Shown: piece by piece, positions 1 through 9,347 of the stretch | How the letters are laid out: every line of letters begins with the position of its first letter | Position numbering within the stretch: position 1 is the first letter of the stretch | Assembly (NCBI GenBank): GCA_964291215.2 | Contig: OZ219791.1 | Coordinates: 3,232,001-3,296,000, forward strand | Length of the DNA: 64,000 bases | Origin: Alphaproteobacteria bacterium | GTDB taxonomy: Bacteria > Pseudomonadota > Alphaproteobacteria > MPNO01 > UBA830 | Reading direction: 5' to 3' | The notes under the pieces: model-generated | Database searches by the model: none | What the model saw: only the letters and a program-made list of their open reading frames with translations | What the model was told of the DNA's origin: nothing | Made by a program: the position numbers and the translations under genes

Positions 1-495
1 GTTACCTTCGGCATCCTGCACAGCCGGTTTCACGAGGCTTGGTCCTTGCGGCTGGGGACGTGGCTCGGCAAGGGCAACGATCCGCGCTACACGCCGACCA
101 CCACCTTCGAGACCTTCCCCTTCCCGGGGGGCCTCTCGCCGGATATTCCCGCCGCCGACTACGCTGCCGACCCGCGCGCCGTCGCCATCGCCGAGGCCGC
201 GCGGCGACTGGTGGAGTTGCGCGACCGCTGGCTCAACCCGCCGGAATGGGTGACGTGGGTGGACGAGCCGGCGCGGGGCTATCCGAAGCGCCCGGTTGCT
301 CGCGACGAAGTGGCGGCAAAGCACCTCAAGACCCGCACGCTGACCAACCTCTACAACGCCCGCCCCCAATGGCTCGCCGACGCCCACGCCGAGCTCGACG
401 CCGCCGTCGCGGAAGCGTATGGCTGGGATACGGATCTGAGTGAGGAGGAGGCGCTTGGAAAGTTGCTGGCGTTGAACTTGGCAGCCGAAGACTGA
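1..495 (+). CDS. MmeI-like (type IIG/IIL) restriction-modification DNA methyltransferase, C-terminal part (5' end outside window)
   Basis: Frame open from base 1: FGILHSRFHEAW...GNDPRYTPTTTFETFPFP...RTLTNLYNARPQWLADAHAELDAAVAEAYGW, the typical target-recognition/C-terminal region of this family. Confidence 0.85.
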   Translation, partial: VTFGILHSRFHEAWSLRLGTWLGKGNDPRYTPTTTFETFPFPGGLSPDIPAADYAADPRAVAIAEAARRLVELRDRWLNPPEWVTWVDEPARGYPKRPVARDEVAAKHLKTRTLTNLYNARPQWLADAHAELDAAVAEAYGWDTDLSEEEALGKLLALNLAAED

Positions 496-517
496 TCCAA
501 AGAAAGCGTAGCAGGCT

Positions 518-925
518 ATGAAACGACATTGTTGCCGAAATTGCCACTTCCTTGCTAAGGAACATGCGGATCGTACGGGAGCAAGACTTTCCTTTTCTTG
601 GAATGACGAAGAAAGGGGAAATATGGAAGTGAAGGACGACTATGCGGCGAAATGTGCTGAAGGCGTCTGGGATACAGGGATCAATCAAAATTTAAATGCA
701 TGTTTGCGCGAGATATTGATGAAAAACAGGAAAAATGCTTGCTTCTTTATAGAGGTGCAGCAGGGAATGTCATTCGATGCTGCTCGAAAGATTCATCGTA
801 TCAAAAGCGAAAATAGAAATTTGAAAAGAAGCTATCGTTATACCCAAATAGGTTTATGGATCGCTGCGTGCAGCCTTCTGGCAAATTCAATTTACTTGAT
901 TCTAAGAGATTCCCCCGTTCCATAG
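518..925 (+). CDS. AT-rich hypothetical protein, Cys-rich with a C-terminal hydrophobic helix; stop codon lies in the IS30 left IR
   Basis: 135 aa ORF with CCRNC motif and further Cys residues, C-terminal IGLWIAACSLLANSIYLIL; TAG 923-925 is inside the IS30 end. Confidence 0.6.
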   Translation: MKRHCCRNCHFLAKEHADRTGARLSFSWNDEERGNMEVKDDYAAKCAEGVWDTGINQNLNACLREILMKNRKNACFFIEVQQGMSFDAARKIHRIKSENRNLKRSYRYTQIGLWIAACSLLANSIYLILRDSPVP

Positions 926-1783
926 TGAAGTGCAACACATGATGGGCTGTGGTCATGTGTTTTTAGACGCATGATGTTGCGGAGCGGTAGCGGCGAGAGT
1001 TCCTGTACAAGATGAAGGGAGCTTGTTCATGTCCAAAGGCTACCGTCACCTACGAAGAGCGATGCCAGATTGAGGCAGAAAAGCGGTCTTTCACAAGGTG
1101 CGATTGCTCGGCAGCTGGGCCGATCAACAATTTTCCGGGAGATCAAGCGCAACACCGGGGGACGGGGTTACCGTCACAAGCAGGCGCAAAGGATGGCAGA
1201 AACGCGCCGCAGGGCCGCCTCGTCTGTTTCTTGGCGGTTGACGCCTCGGGTTGAGGCTCAGAAAAAGCTGCGGGAGGGCCCCGAGCAGCGGCCGTTTTCG
1301 ACTGGAGGGCCGTGGGTCGGCAACGGATCCATGATCGCCGAAGATCGGAGAGCCGGGGGCGTCTTGTGGAAGAAGCTTCGGCGGCGCGGCAAGAAGCCGA
1401 ACTGGAAGGGTGGATGCCATTCCGGCCGGGTGGACATTTCCGAGCGCCCTGCGGAGGCAAAGGAACGGGTTGGCGACCGGGAGCCATCATCGGCAAAGCT
1501 CACAGTGGAGCTGTCGTGTCGATCGTGCCACGAAATACGCCTTGCTGGGTGGACAGAAAGACACGGTTGGTTCGGTCATGATCCGCCTGCTCGGCTCTGG
1601 TGCGCTATTGGTCCACACAATCACGTCAGACAACGGAGTTCGCAGACCACAGGCGTGTCGCACTTGACGCAGATTTCTTCTTCGCCTTTCCATTCCTGGG
1701 AGCGCGGCGGCTGGTACTGTAACTTGATGTCTGGAAATTTGTCTGAGGTTTGCGCTTTGAGGCGTTTCACTGGGGGGCTAGCC

Positions 1784-3800
1784 CTGCCGTGTCATGACAA
1801 ATCTGGTTGACAATGGTTTACGTGTTCACGCGTGTCTTTGTCTATCCCGGAACCCGATTTCCCGGCCGATTTGGTGACCCAGTGCGACGCTGGTGTGTCT
1901 GGCCACATGATCTGGTGACCCGGGCGTGCTGCGGTAGCCGCCGAGATGGGCGACCAGGTGCACCGCATCGGCGAGACGCTCCGGTTCCTTCAGGGCGTAC
2001 TTGTGTGCGTAGTCGCGCGAGTTCGCTGTCGGTGAACATCAGCTGCGGCTCGCACCTGGCGGCCGAGCAGGGTCATGACCATGATGCGCCATGCGATGAC
2101 GGCGTTGATCGCCCGCTGCAGGCGGTGCGGAACAGCAGGTGTTCCACCCTGCATCCGGATTTGAGCACGTAATCCTCGATTCGCCAGCGCTGAAGGTAGA
2201 AGCCGACGATGTCGGCCGCCTCCTTCGCAGTGCCAACCCGCACGGTGGTCAGCAGGCACCACGGGATCCTCACCCTCGGGCGGTCCCTGACCCCGTGCAG
2301 GGACACCGGCTTCGCGCTGGGGGCGGTGCCCGTCACGGGTGACGGACCGTAACTCGCCAGGCGCTTCTGTCGCGCGGGCCTTCTTCCGGCTGGCTTGCTC
2401 CGTCAGTCCCTCGATCTCAATCAGGCCTGCACCGCCGGCCATGACGGCGAACAGCCTTCCCTCCTTCAGCACCCTGTCATGCTTGGCGCGCAGATCGACG
2501 CGGGGCAAGCGCGTGTCGAACAGCTCGAAGATGTCGGCTTCCCGACGGAGATGACGCGCGTCTTGCCGCCGGGGTGGCAGCGCCTTGAACCCCTCGAGCC
2601 AGCGCTGCGGCGTGTCTCCTTCTCCTGCGACCGGGGCTTCACCGGACCCAGCACCCCGAGTGGCAGGTCAGTCACCGCCAGGGTCGCGTGCAGGTGCAGG
2701 CTTGAGGCCCCGGTCTGGTTCTCACCTGCAGGCCGTCGCAGCCGGGAGAAGTTCAGGTCCGTGCCGCAAGAACCGTCTTCTGGCCACGGATGCGCCGGAT
2801 GCTGCGCTCACGGTGCGGCGCAAGAATGTTCGCCGGCGTGATCTCCGAGGGCGACCATCCGGTAAAACGCATTGATCGCGGTGTTGTCGGCGCTGGGAGA
2901 CGCATTGATCTTCTGACCGGCCGCCAGAAGGCCGGCGCTCCAGGCGCGCAGAAAGTCGCTTGTCACCCCCCTCCAAACTCGTTCTGCGCCCAGTCGTTCA
3001 GACCTTCGCCCGGCGAGGGCGCATGATCGACCTCCCCAGCTTCCTGCGCCACGAGCGCTCCAGTTCGGCCACGAAGACCGTCTTCACCGTCTCCCAGTGC
3101 TCCCGGTCCTGCCGGCCTTCGGTCCTGCACAGGAAGTTGGCCGCGCGCAGGCAGGGTAACCTTCATCGGCAAAACTGAGCCATGGTCGAAACGGTCCTCG
3201 AAGTCACGCGGCGCAGGATGCGCACATGGCTGGGCGGGCAGAGCACCTGATCAAGAAACGGCTCAGACAGACGATCCGCTGCAGGTGGTTCCGGCGCTGC
3301 CCGTCGTTCCATCCAGCGGTCCCGCGCCGCGCGGCGGCGGCAAACCCCGCCACCCGTGCGCCGAGCCCACGAGATATTGGCAGCCGGCGAAGGTCGTCGC
3401 GGGTGTTCACGCGCAATCAGCGTGACCGCCCGGTCAATACGATCCCCGACCACGATGATCCCGAATGCGCGCGCCGGAACCTCTGCAGCGATATCATCCA
3501 CCAACAGGCGAGGCCGGCGGTCGATTGTCGGTGACTTCGGCGCCGGCAGGACGATCTCCGGGCGCCCAGCGCCCTCAGGCAGCCGGCAAGCTGCAGACGG
3601 CCGCGCGCGTCGACAAAGGCAAACTCCTCGCAGACGACCCAGAGCCGACCGGCTGTCGAACTGCTCACAGGACAGCAGCGACGCGATCCGCGCAACTGCT
3701 GCCTCGTCCCGCAATGTGCGGCTGATCTGAGACTGTGACATGGGACACTTATGCCACGCCGAAACACCGTTGTCCAGCTAAAATTTCCGTGACATGCGAG
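1784..3800 (-). mobile_element. IS4-family element (Tn5/IS50-like DDE with N-terminal DUF4338-like domain), degenerate
   Basis: Direct repeat ggctagcc at 1776-1783 and 3801-3808; imperfect IRs ctgccgtgtcatgacaaat / atttccgtgacatgcgag; fragments WAQNEFGG..GDKRLSARL and YLQRWRIEDY..LKSGCRVE (YREK-type motif); start MSQSQISRTL at 3741. Confidence 0.85.
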
Positions 3801-3873
3801 GGCTAGCCCCCCAGTGAAATGCGGCGCCATCGTGCTATCCCATGGAGTTGAAAAACATTCATGGAGGAAGCGA

Positions 3874-4931
3874 ATGGAGCTGCGACACACTACGACGATT
3901 GAGGCCGTTTTGGAACATCTGATCGCAAACGGAGCAACGGATCTGGGGCGGGTCTTTGGTCAGCTCTTCGAGCTTGCGATGCAAATCGAGCGCGAGCAGC
4001 ACTTGAAAGCGGGCCGCTACGAACGGACACCGGAACGACAGGGCTATGCCAACGGCTACAAGCGGATCGACACCCCCACTGTTACCGTTCAGGTACCAAA
4101 CGGTCACGGGGACGACCCCCCAGTCGCTTGAACGCGGCCAGCGATCTTCTCGCGCCGTAGCCGAGATGTACATCAAGGGTGTTTCCACACGGCAGGATGT
4201 AATGCGCGAGTTCGGGAGCCTGTCCTCTTCTCAGGTCAGCCGGGCCACCAAGTTGCTCGATGAAGAACTCGCCGCGCAACCGGCCCCTGATGAAATACCT
4301 GATCCTGGATGCGCGCTACGAAAAAGCCCGCCATGACGGCGTTGTGCGCGATGTTGCAGTGCTCTCGGCCATCGGAATAGGGGCTGCAGGCACGTTCTGG
4401 GGCTCTCTGTGGCGCTCTCCGAGGCCGAGGTCCATTGGAGAGCCTTCCTGGAAAGCTTGCTAGCCCTGCATGGTACGACCTTCATCGTCTCGGATGCCGG
4501 GCTGAAAGCGGCACGGTGCTGGGCGCGGCGACGTGGCAGCGCTGCCAGTTCCACCTGGCGCAAAACGCCGTGCACCGAACAACGACATCAGGAAACGTAT
4601 TGGACAACAGCTCGGAGCCATGCGTCCTCACTCCAAACCGCCGAGGCTGAACTGGGCGCCCTCGTGGCCAGCTATCGCGACAAGCATCCAGGCTTCCTGG
4701 CTGGAAAAGAATGCGGGGCTCGCTGTCTTCACCTTGCCCGATGCTCACCGCAAACGTATGCGAACCTCGAACGGCATCGAGCGACCGATCCAGCAAGAGC
4801 TCAAGCGGCGCACCTCCAAAGTCAGGGTCTTTCCGAACCTCGCCTCGTTGGAGCGCCTCTCAACCGCGGTCCTCATCGACGAAAAATGGGAAACCGAAAC
4901 CAAGATCAAATGGGAACAGCTCGATGACTGA
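3874..4931 (+). pseudogene. IS256 (mutator-type) transposase pseudogene
   Basis: ANGYK, AEMYIKGVSTR, YLILDARYEK, WQRCQFHL, RTSNGIERPIQQELKRRT..VRVFPN in different frames. Confidence 0.9.
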
Positions 4932-5293
4932 GAGCTTCACGACAATTTCCAGACATCAGGTTGCGTAATCGCGCGGCTTGAATGAGCACACCAACGGCCT
5001 GGTGCGGGAGTACTTCCCGAAGGGCACGGACTTTCGCGCGACATGCAACGAAGATGTTCAGAAGGTACAGGATCGGCTCAACACTCGGAAAGTCCTGGGA
5101 TCGCCGACGGAGGTAATCTTGAAGTGAAACCGCCCTGACCATCTGCGTTCCGCAGCCGCAACGTGCAGCAGGGTCCATGCTGCGCGACGGCGAAATAGTG
5201 GCTTGAAGCCGACAAAGGCGTTGCATAAGCTCGATGTTGAAGGAACTGAAGCTGTTCCCAGGCGGAATCGAGAGGGGCAGAGGGGGAAAATTT

Positions 5294-5360
5294 GTGCAGC
5301 ATCCGGCCCTCATCTCCGTTCGGACTACGCCCTCACTGCGATGAGGGCCGGATGTTGCAC
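5294..5360. repeat. Long hairpin just inside the IS30 right end
   Basis: gtgcagcatccggccctcatc ... gatgagggccggatgttgcac, 21-bp arms with one G-U pair. Confidence 0.8.
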
Positions 5361-5510
5361 TTCAGACTGGAAGTGGGGTCGTTGAACTTCCTGTAACACT
5401 TCTGCCCGGTTCATTGCGCTTCCTTTCGGGGGCGCGAAGATACCGGACAGATCGCATGTTAGCGACAGATTCCGATTTGAACATTGCCTGTACCTGTCTT
5501 CGAGAGTAGG

Positions 5511-5527
5511 GTCTAATTGTAAAAGTT
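5511..5527 (+). promoter_or_regulatory. Candidate operator GTCTAAT-N4-AAAGTT upstream of the thiolase
   Basis: Same 13 fixed positions recur upstream of the dioxygenase (16652-16668, minus strand). Confidence 0.55.
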
Positions 5528-5589
5528 GAGCGCCGATTTGGTCGCAAATGCGATCAAAGGCTGCTGCGACCGGAGGGAAAGGAAACGGA

Positions 5590-6831
5590 ATGTCCCAGAA
5601 CCGGGTGTATCTGTTGGGTGGATATCAGTCCGATTTCAAAAAAGCGTATCAGTGTACCGGCATCGACCTGAAGTTCCTGATGGGAGAGGCTGTCGATGGC
5701 GCCATGACGGCGACGGGCATCGAGCCTGAGGATGTCGAGGTCGCTCACGTCGGTAATTTTGTGGCCGAGCTTTTCTGCGGTCAGGGGCAACTGGGCGGCT
5801 TCTTCGCGGCGCTTCACCCGGAATTTTCCGGCCTGCCGGCTTCCCGGCATGAAGGGGCGTGTGCGTCCGGCAGCCTGGCGGCGCTGGCGGCCCAAGCGGA
5901 TATAAAGGCGGGGCACTACGATCTGGCGTGTGTCCTAGGCGTGGAAATGATGCGGCATACCGATGCGCAAACCGCTGCAAACAACCTGGCCGCGGCCGCG
6001 CATATCGGCGCCGAGGGCGAGGAGGCGCAATGGATGTGGCCCTGGATGTTCGACAAGTTGGGCGAAGAGTACGATCGTCGATATGGCCTGAAGTACGAGC
6101 ATCTTGCGGCGATCGGCGAAACCAACTTCGGCAATGCCCGGACCAACCCGAATGCGCAGGCCCGGGAATACCGGTTTTTCGAGAACAGTTTCACCCAGGA
6201 CGACGAGGCAAATCCGATCATCGAAGGGATGATCCGAAAGCAGGATTGCGGACAAATCACCGACGGCGCGGCCTGTGTTTTTCTTGCGTCCGAATCCTAT
6301 GCGAAGGACTACGCCGCCAGACGCGGCACGAGCCTTGAGGACACTCCCTATATCAAGGGCTGGGGCCACCGGACCGTGACGATCCGGCTGGAAGACAAGC
6401 TCAAGGAGCAGCACAACAGCCCTTACGTCTTTCCACATGTGCGCGGCACCCTGACCGACGCCTACGGGCGTGCGGGAATTGCCGGGCCGGAAGATCTTGA
6501 TGTCATCGAGACGCACGACTGCTTCACCACTACCGAATATATGGCGATCGATCATTTCGGTATCACAAGGCCGGGCGAAAGCTGGAGAGCGGTGGAAGAC
6601 GGTACGATTCGGCGCGACGGGAAGCTGCCGGTCAACCCGTCGGGCGGGCTCATCGGCGGTGGCCATCCGGTCGGTGCCACCGGAGTCCGCATGCTGGTTG
6701 ACGCTTACAAGCAGGTAACCGACACCGCCGACGGGTACCAAGTGGAAGGCGCAAAGACCGCCGCAACGCTCAATATCGGCGGATCGTCAACGACCATGGT
6801 CAGCTTCATCGTCTCCGCCGGCTCCGCCTGA
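5590..6831 (+). CDS. Thiolase / acetyl-CoA acetyltransferase (SCP2-like type)
   Basis: EGACASG, DGAA, ETHDCF, NPSGGLIGGGHPVGATG motifs; GGAA-rich RBS before ATG 5590. Confidence 0.9.
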   Translation: MSQNRVYLLGGYQSDFKKAYQCTGIDLKFLMGEAVDGAMTATGIEPEDVEVAHVGNFVAELFCGQGQLGGFFAALHPEFSGLPASRHEGACASGSLAALAAQADIKAGHYDLACVLGVEMMRHTDAQTAANNLAAAAHIGAEGEEAQWMWPWMFDKLGEEYDRRYGLKYEHLAAIGETNFGNARTNPNAQAREYRFFENSFTQDDEANPIIEGMIRKQDCGQITDGAACVFLASESYAKDYAARRGTSLEDTPYIKGWGHRTVTIRLEDKLKEQHNSPYVFPHVRGTLTDAYGRAGIAGPEDLDVIETHDCFTTTEYMAIDHFGITRPGESWRAVEDGTIRRDGKLPVNPSGGLIGGGHPVGATGVRMLVDAYKQVTDTADGYQVEGAKTAATLNIGGSSTTMVSFIVSAGSA

Positions 6832-6952
6832 GCCGGCGAACCGCCCTCCGAAAATGCGCCCGGCGGTCGCCCGCAACTTTCGGTGGGTTACAGGTTGCTG
6901 GCGTGTCGGGCAAAACGAAACAGTATTATAAAGTCATCACGGACTGTGCGAA

Positions 6953-7957
6953 TTGACTTCGCTACAACTATCGCAATCCTTGGAAACAGCGCCGGAACTC
7001 TCGATCGACTCCCGCGATTCCGATGCCTGTCACGCCGCCCTGTCCGCCGCGCTCGTGCGCTTCAACAACATATTCGGCGATCCCTGGTCGATTCTGATCC
7101 TGCGAGACTGCTTTCTGGGGATCAGCCGTTTTCAGGAGTTTCGCGACAGCACGGGGGTCACGCGGCAAACGCTCAGCGCACGTTTGAAGGAGTTGACCCG
7201 TCACGGTGTCTTGCGCCGCGTCCGTTACAATGAGCGACCTGCGCGATACGAATATCGACTGACGTCGAAGGGGCTCGATCTCCACCGATTCGCCTACGCT
7301 GTCTGGAAATGGAGCGTCGACTGGTCCCTATCGCCGTCTACGCTTCCGACAATCCTGTTTCACCGGAAGACACTCCAGCCTGTGACCCCGGTGTTGGCCT
7401 GCAGCAATTGCCAGATACCCCTTGTGCTGAAAGACCTGGTTATGGGGGCCGTCGGGCGCGAGTTAGTCGATGTGCAACTCAACCGGCGGGCGCGGCGCTG
7501 GGCCGGCAATACCGCGACGGCCACCATTGGCGACACGTTGTTCGGCAAGCGAACCTTCATTATCGGCGATCGGTGGGTCGGCCTGATCCTCGCCAGCGTG
7601 CTGTTGGGCGTACATTCTTTCGACCGTTTGGCCGACCGACTTGGCATCGCGACCAACATCCTGACGCACCGCCTCAAGATGCTGACGGAATACGGTCTCC
7701 TGTCGGCGCCGGTCTACGACCCGGACCAACGATGCTACGACTATCGGCCGACACAGGAAACAGCGGCCCTTGTCCCGCTGTTCCTCTCGGTGTCGGAATG
7801 GGTGGCGCGATGGGAAACGCCGGTTGGCTTGGCGCATCCGGTATGGTGGCACAGGCCCTGCGGCGAGGCGATTGAAACCTGCCTTGTCGACGAAACGTTC
7901 GGCTGTCGCCTTTTGGTCTCGGATATTCGGTTTTCGGCGTCCGTAAAGGATCGATAA
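6953..7957 (+). CDS. Tandem two-domain HxlR-family winged-helix transcriptional regulator
   Basis: GDPWSILILRD..RF..LSARLKEL..YEYRLTSKG, then a second GDRW..IL..F..LGIATNILTHRLKML domain; start (TTG) uncertain. Confidence 0.85.
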   Translation: MTSLQLSQSLETAPELSIDSRDSDACHAALSAALVRFNNIFGDPWSILILRDCFLGISRFQEFRDSTGVTRQTLSARLKELTRHGVLRRVRYNERPARYEYRLTSKGLDLHRFAYAVWKWSVDWSLSPSTLPTILFHRKTLQPVTPVLACSNCQIPLVLKDLVMGAVGRELVDVQLNRRARRWAGNTATATIGDTLFGKRTFIIGDRWVGLILASVLLGVHSFDRLADRLGIATNILTHRLKMLTEYGLLSAPVYDPDQRCYDYRPTQETAALVPLFLSVSEWVARWETPVGLAHPVWWHRPCGEAIETCLVDETFGCRLLVSDIRFSASVKDR

Positions 7958-7988
7958 CGCCGCGACGCCGACCCGCGCTGGTCCCTTC

Positions 7989-9299
7989 TCAGCCCATTGC
8001 GCCGATGGCAGTGGGCAGCCACAAAACAACGCCCGGAAAGGCAACCAGCAAGCTCAGGCGCATGAGGTCAGCCGCCAGGAACGGGACCGTACCGGCGAAC
8101 ACGGTGCGTAAGGGGAGGTTTGGCGCCATCTTGTGGAGCACAAAGACATTCATCCCGATCGGCGGCGTGATCAGGCCGATTTCGATCACCATCACGTTGA
8201 TGATGCCCCACCAGATTGGGTCGTATCCCAGACCGGTTACCAGCGGAAACACGAACGGTAACGTGATCACCATCGCCGATATGGTCTCGAACACCGCCCC
8301 TAGAATCAGGTACATCACGAGGATCGCGCAAATCACAAGGATTGGTACGATTCCAAGACCGCCGATCCAATTGACCAACGCTTCCGGCACCGTGGACGCC
8401 GTCAGGGCGAATGTGAAGATGGAGGCGCCAACGATAATCAGGAAGATCACAGCGGTCGCCCGGCCCGTTTCGACAAGAATGTCGAAAAGACCGTCGAACC
8501 GGCCATCGGTTCGCAATATCCAGATCAGGAAAGTAAACAGAGCGCCGACGGCGGCGGATTCCTCGACGGTGAAGATCCCCGAATAGATGCCGCCCATGAC
8601 CACAACCACCAGCGCCACGACGGGCCAGCTCTTCAAAACCTGTCTGCTCCGTTCTCTCCATGTCGCTCGTTGGCCGGCCGGACCGGCTGCCGGATCCAAC
8701 GTGACCACCAGTCGGATGGCCGCGAAATGAAACAGGACCGCGATCGCGCCGGGGACCAGCGCTGCGGCAAACAATGTCAGGACGAACTGTTCCGTCAGGT
8801 GACCGTAGACCACCATGACGATTGACGGCGGGATCAACATCCCAAGGGTGCCGCCGGCTGCGATGGATCCGGAAGCCAGCCGGCGCGAGTAATTTCGGGC
8901 AACCATCTCCGGCATCGCCACCTTGGTCATGGTCGCGGCTGTGGCGAGCGAGGAGCCGGAAACAGCACCGAAACCGGCGCAGGCGCCGATCGTTGCATAG
9001 GCCAGGCCGCCGGGGCGATGGCCCAGAAAGGCGTAGACGAGGCGGAACAGATCACCCGAAAGGCCCGCCGCACTCGCGAACGACCCCATCAGGATAAACA
9101 GCGGCAGAATGATCAGGTCGCGGTTGCTGAAGGTCGATGAAGGCTGGGTCGACAGCAGCGAAAGCGCAGCGTTCGGGTCGATTGCGAGAGCAACGCCGAT
9201 CAATCCCGACAATCCCATCGCGACGCCGATGGGTATGTGCAACGCGATCAGGACAAAGAGCAACGCAAAGGACAGGATGCCGATCGTGACGAGGTCCAC
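7989..9299 (-). CDS. dctM: TRAP transporter large permease
   Basis: GSSLATAA, GGTLGMLIPPS, EIGLITPPIGMNVF; GTG start after GAGG. Confidence 0.9.
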   Translation of the reverse strand: MDLVTIGILSFALLFVLIALHIPIGVAMGLSGLIGVALAIDPNAALSLLSTQPSSTFSNRDLIILPLFILMGSFASAAGLSGDLFRLVYAFLGHRPGGLAYATIGACAGFGAVSGSSLATAATMTKVAMPEMVARNYSRRLASGSIAAGGTLGMLIPPSIVMVVYGHLTEQFVLTLFAAALVPGAIAVLFHFAAIRLVVTLDPAAGPAGQRATWRERSRQVLKSWPVVALVVVVMGGIYSGIFTVEESAAVGALFTFLIWILRTDGRFDGLFDILVETGRATAVIFLIIVGASIFTFALTASTVPEALVNWIGGLGIVPILVICAILVMYLILGAVFETISAMVITLPFVFPLVTGLGYDPIWWGIINVMVIEIGLITPPIGMNVFVLHKMAPNLPLRTVFAGTVPFLAADLMRLSLLVAFPGVVLWLPTAIGAMG

Positions 9300-9347
9300 T
9301 AGCGAACCTCGCAGGACGTGAGCCAATACCGGGTCACAAGACCGATC

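Larger units (their letters stand above)
1713..4970 (+). mobile_element. IS256-family element copy 1 (degenerate), interrupted by IS4 at 1784-3800
   Basis: IRs ggtactgtaacttgatgtctggaaatt / aatttccagacatcaggttgcgtaatc; approximate 8-bp target duplication gcgcggct (3 extra nt on the left); uninterrupted copy at 48498-49730. Confidence 0.9.
1029..5139 (+). pseudogene. IS30 transposase pseudogene, in two parts (1029-1712 and 4971-5139)
   Basis: TYEERCQI, SQGAIARQLGRSTIFREIKRN, ISERP, TITSDNG, WERG|LNEHTNGLVREYFPKG, spread over several frames. Confidence 0.85.
912..5378 (+). mobile_element. IS30-family element copy 1 (degenerate), interrupted by IS256 at 1713-4970
   Basis: Imperfect IRs cccccgttccatagtgaagtgcaaca (912) / tgttgcacttcagactggaagtgggg (ends 5378); near-identical inverted copy at 45589-48196. 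Confidence 0.85.

Noticed and set aside
3874-4931. Programmed frameshifting to explain the split transposase ORFs
   Set aside because: Too many frame breaks, with residues missing from conserved motifs
5119-5304. About 180-bp repeat (also 45589-45774) as an independent MITE
   Set aside because: The ggtcgaac duplication shows it is contiguous with the IS30 transposase end in copy 2, so it belongs to the IS30
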